From Eledone cirrhosa (Eukaryota), in assembly GCA_964016885.1 (NCBI GenBank), contig OZ024744.1, positions 132,742,001 through 132,806,000 on the forward strand: a stretch of 64,000 bases of DNA, written 5' to 3'. This document shows positions 60,230 through 64,000 of the stretch, one piece after another; position 1 is the stretch's first letter; every line of letters starts with the position of its first letter. The position numbers were made by a program, and so were the translations under genes. The notes beneath the pieces were generated by a model, which ran no database searches, had not been told where the DNA came from, and worked only from the letters and a program-made list of their open reading frames with translations.

Positions 60230-63200
60230 TAACTTAACCCCAACTTAACTTAACCCCAACTTAATTTAACCCCAACTTAACTTAACCCCAACTTAATTTA
60301 ACCCCAACTTAACTTAACCCCAACTTAAATTAACCCCAACTTAATTTGACCCAACTTAAATTAACCCCAACTTAACTTACCCCCAACTTAACTTACCCCC
60401 AACTTAACTTAACCCCAACTTAACTTAACCCCAACTTAACTTAACCCCACTTAACTTAAACCCAACTTAAGTACCCCCAACTTAAGTTAACCCCAAATTA
60501 ACTCAACCCCAACTTAACTTAACCCCAACTTAACTTAACCCCAACTTAATTAGACCCAACTTAAATTAACCCCAACTTAACTTACCCCCAACTTAAGTTA
60601 CCCCCAACTTAACTTAACCACAACCTAACTTAACCCCAACTTAACTTAACCCCAACTTAACTTAACCCCAACTTAACTTAACCCCACTTAACTTAAACCC
60701 AACTTAAGTACCCCCAACTTAAGTTAACCCCAACTTAACTTAACCCCAACTTAACTTAACCCCAACTCAACTTAACCCCGCCTTAACTTAACCCCAACTT
60801 AACTTAACCCCAACTTAACTTAACCCCAACTTAACTTAACCCCAACTTAACTTAACCCCAACTTAACTTAACCCCAACTTAACTTAACCGCAACTTAACA
60901 TAACCCCAACTTAAATTAACACCAACTTAACTCAACCCCAACTTAACTTAACCCTAACTTAACTTAACCCCAACTTAACTTAACCCCAACTTAACTTACC
61001 CCCAACTTAACTTACCCCCAACTTAACTTTCCCCCAACTTAACTTAACCCCAACTTAACTTAACCCCAACTTAACTTAACCCCAACTTAACTTAACCCCA
61101 ACTTAAATCACCCGCAACTTAACTTAACCCCAACTTAAATTAACCCCAACTTAACTTAACCCCAACTTAACTAAACCCCAACTTAACTTAACCCCAAATT
61201 AATTTAACCCCAACTTAACCCAAACTTAACTTAACCCCAACTTAACTGAACCCCAACTTAACTAAACCCTAACTTAACTTAACCCCAACTTAACTTAACC
61301 CCAACTTAACTTAACCCCAACTTAACTCAACCCCAACTTAACTTAACCCCAACTTAACTCAGCCCCAACTTAACTCAGCCCCAACTTAACTTAGCCCCAA
61401 CTTAACTTAACACCAACTTAACTTAACCCCAACTTAACTTAACCCCAACTTAACTTAACCCCAACTTAACTTAACCCCAACTTAAATTAACCGCAACTTA
61501 ACTGAACCCCAACTTAACTTAACACCAACTTAACTTAACCCTAACTTAATTCATCCCCAACTTAACTTAACCCCAACTTAACTTGCCCCCAACTTAACTT
61601 ACCCCCAACTTAACTTAACCCCAACTTAATTTAACCCCAACTTAACTTAAACCCAACTTAACTTAACCCCAACTTAACTTAACCCTAAATTAACTCAACC
61701 CCAACTTAACTCAACCCCAACTTAACTCAACCCCCACTTAACTTAACCCCGACTTAACTTAACCCCAACATAAATTAACCCCAACTTAACTTAACCCCAA
61801 CTTCACTCAACCCCAACTTAACTCAACCCCAACTTAACTTAACCCCAACTTAACATAACCCCAACTTAACATAACCCCAACTTACCTTAACCCCAACTTA
61901 ATTTAACCCCAACTTAACTTAACCCCAACTTAACTTGCCCCCAACTTAACTTACCCCCAACTTAACTTAACCCCAACTTAATTTAACCCCAACTTAATTT
62001 AACCCCAACTTAACTTAACCCCAACTTAACTTAACCCCATCTTAACTTAACCCCAACTTAATTTAACCTCAACTTAACTTAACCCCAACTTAATTTAACC
62101 CCAACTTAACTTAACCCCAACTTAACTTAACCCCAACTTAATTAAACCCAACTTAAATTAACCCCAACTTAACTTACCCCCAACTTAACTTACCCCCAAC
62201 TTAACTTAACCACAACCTAACTTAACCCCAACTTAACTTAACCCCAACTTAACCTAACCCCAACTTAACTTAACCCCAACTTAATTTAACCCCAACTTAA
62301 CTCAACCCAACTTAACTTAACCCTAACTTAACCCCAAATTAACTTAACCCCAACTTAACTTAACCCCATCTTAACTTACCCCCAACTTAACTACCACCAA
62401 CTTACCTTACCCCCAACTTAACTTAACCCCAACTTAACTTAACCCCAACTTAACTTAACCCCAACTTAATTTAACCCCAACTTAACTTAACCCCAACTTA
62501 ATTTAACCCCAACTTAACTTAACCCCAACTTAAATTAACCCCAACTTAATTTGACCCAACTTAAATTAACCCCAACTTAACTTACCCCCAACTTAACTTA
62601 CCCCCAACTTAACTTAACCCCAACTTAACTTAACCCCAACTTAACTTAACCCCACTTAACTTAAACCCAACTTAAGTACCCCCAACTTAAGTTAACCCCA
62701 AATTAACTCAACCCCAACTTAACTTAACCCCAACTTAACTTAACCCCAACTTAATTAGACCCAACTTAAATTAACCCCAACTTAACTTACCCCCAACTTA
62801 ACTTACCCCCAACTTAATTTAACCACAACCTAACTTAACCCCAACTTAACTTAACCCCAACTTAACTTAACCCCAACTTAACTTAACCCCACTTAACTTA
62901 AACCCAACTTAAGTACCCCCAACTTAAGTTAACCCCAACTTAACTTAACCCCAACTTAACTTAACCCCAACTCAACTTAACCCCGCCTTAACTTAACCCC
63001 AACTTAACTTAACCCCAACTTAACTTAACCCCAACTTAACTTAACCACAATCTAACTTAACCCCAACTTAACTTAACCCCAACTTAAATTAACCCCAACT
63101 TAACTTAACCCCAATTTAACTTAACCCCAACTTAACTTAACCCCAACTTAACTTAACCGCAACTTAACTTAACCCCAACTTAAAATAACCCCAACTTAAC

Positions 63201-63440
63201 TTAACCCCAACTTAACTCAACCCCAACTTAACTTAACCCTAACTTAACTTAACCCCAACTTAACTTAACCCCAACTTAACTTACCCCCAACTTAACTTAC
63301 CCCCAACTTAACTTTCCCCCAACTTAAATTAACCCCAACTTAACTTAACCCCAACTTAACTTAACCCCAACTTAACTTAACCCCAACTTAACTTAACCCC
63401 AACTTAAATCACCCGCAACTTAACTTAACCCCAACTTAAA
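60230..63440 (-). repeat. Higher-order duplication, offset 2205 bp
   Basis: tttgaccc at 60345/62550, ccccgcc at 60776/62981, and paired aagtaccccc motifs. Confidence 0.82.
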
Positions 63441-64000
63441 TTAACCCCAACTTAACTTAACCCCAACTTAAATAAACCCCAACTTAAATTAACCCCAACT
63501 TAACTTAACCCCAACTTAACTTAACCCCAACTTAACTCAGCCCCAACTTAACTTAGCCCCAACTTAACTTAACCCCAACTTAACTTAACCCCAACTTAAC
63601 TTAACCCCAACTTAACTTATCCCCAACTTAACTTAACCCTAACTTAACTTAAACCCAACTTAACTTAACCCCAACTTCAATTATCCCCAACTTAACTTAT
63701 CCCCAACTTAACTTAACCCCAACTTAACTTAACCCCAACTTAATTTAACCCCAACTTAACTTAACCCCAACTTAACTTAACCCCAACTTAACTTAACCAC
63801 AAATTAACTTAACCCCAACTTAACTTAACCCCAACTTAACTTAACCCCAACTTAACTTAAACCTAACTTAACTTAACCCCAACTTAACCCCAACTTAACT
63901 TGACCCCAACTTAACTTAACCCCAACTTAACTCAACCCCAACTTAACTTAACCCCAACTTAACTCAGCCCCAAATTAACTCAGCCCCAACTTAACTTAGC

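Larger units (their letters stand above)
53100..64000 (-). repeat. 16-bp satellite array in the opposite orientation, (CCCCAACTTAACTTAA)n on +
   Basis: Reverse complement of the left-array monomer, with no islands or inversions. It continues past the window end. Confidence 0.98.

Overview
The window is eukaryotic-type satellite DNA with no credible genes. About 90% is a strand-biased 16-bp tandem repeat, TTAAG-TTAAG-TTGGGG, which resembles compound telomeric motifs. Left of a 200-N scaffold gap (51543-51742) the array reads G-rich on +. It is interrupted by 22 short inverted tracts: 17 begin at a spacer-less palindromic junction GGGGTT|AACCCC, and all 22 end at the same CCCCAA-AGTCGGAG junction (two with a single-base change). 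Five AT-rich islands also interrupt it. They are built of palindromic ~35-42-bp units and a nested foldback core, and they are amplified in multi-kb higher-order blocks. Right of the gap the sequence opens with ~230 bp of (TTAGG)2TTAAAA-type repeats on the - strand. About 1.1 kb of C/A low-complexity sequence follows (the source of the three spurious Gly/Trp/Val ORFs), then the same 16-mer in the opposite orientation with 3550-bp and 2205-bp internal duplications. The architecture is best read as a telomere-like or subtelomeric satellite maintained by recombination. The species and chromosomal position cannot be determined from this window. Coordinates were counted by eye and may be off by a few bases.
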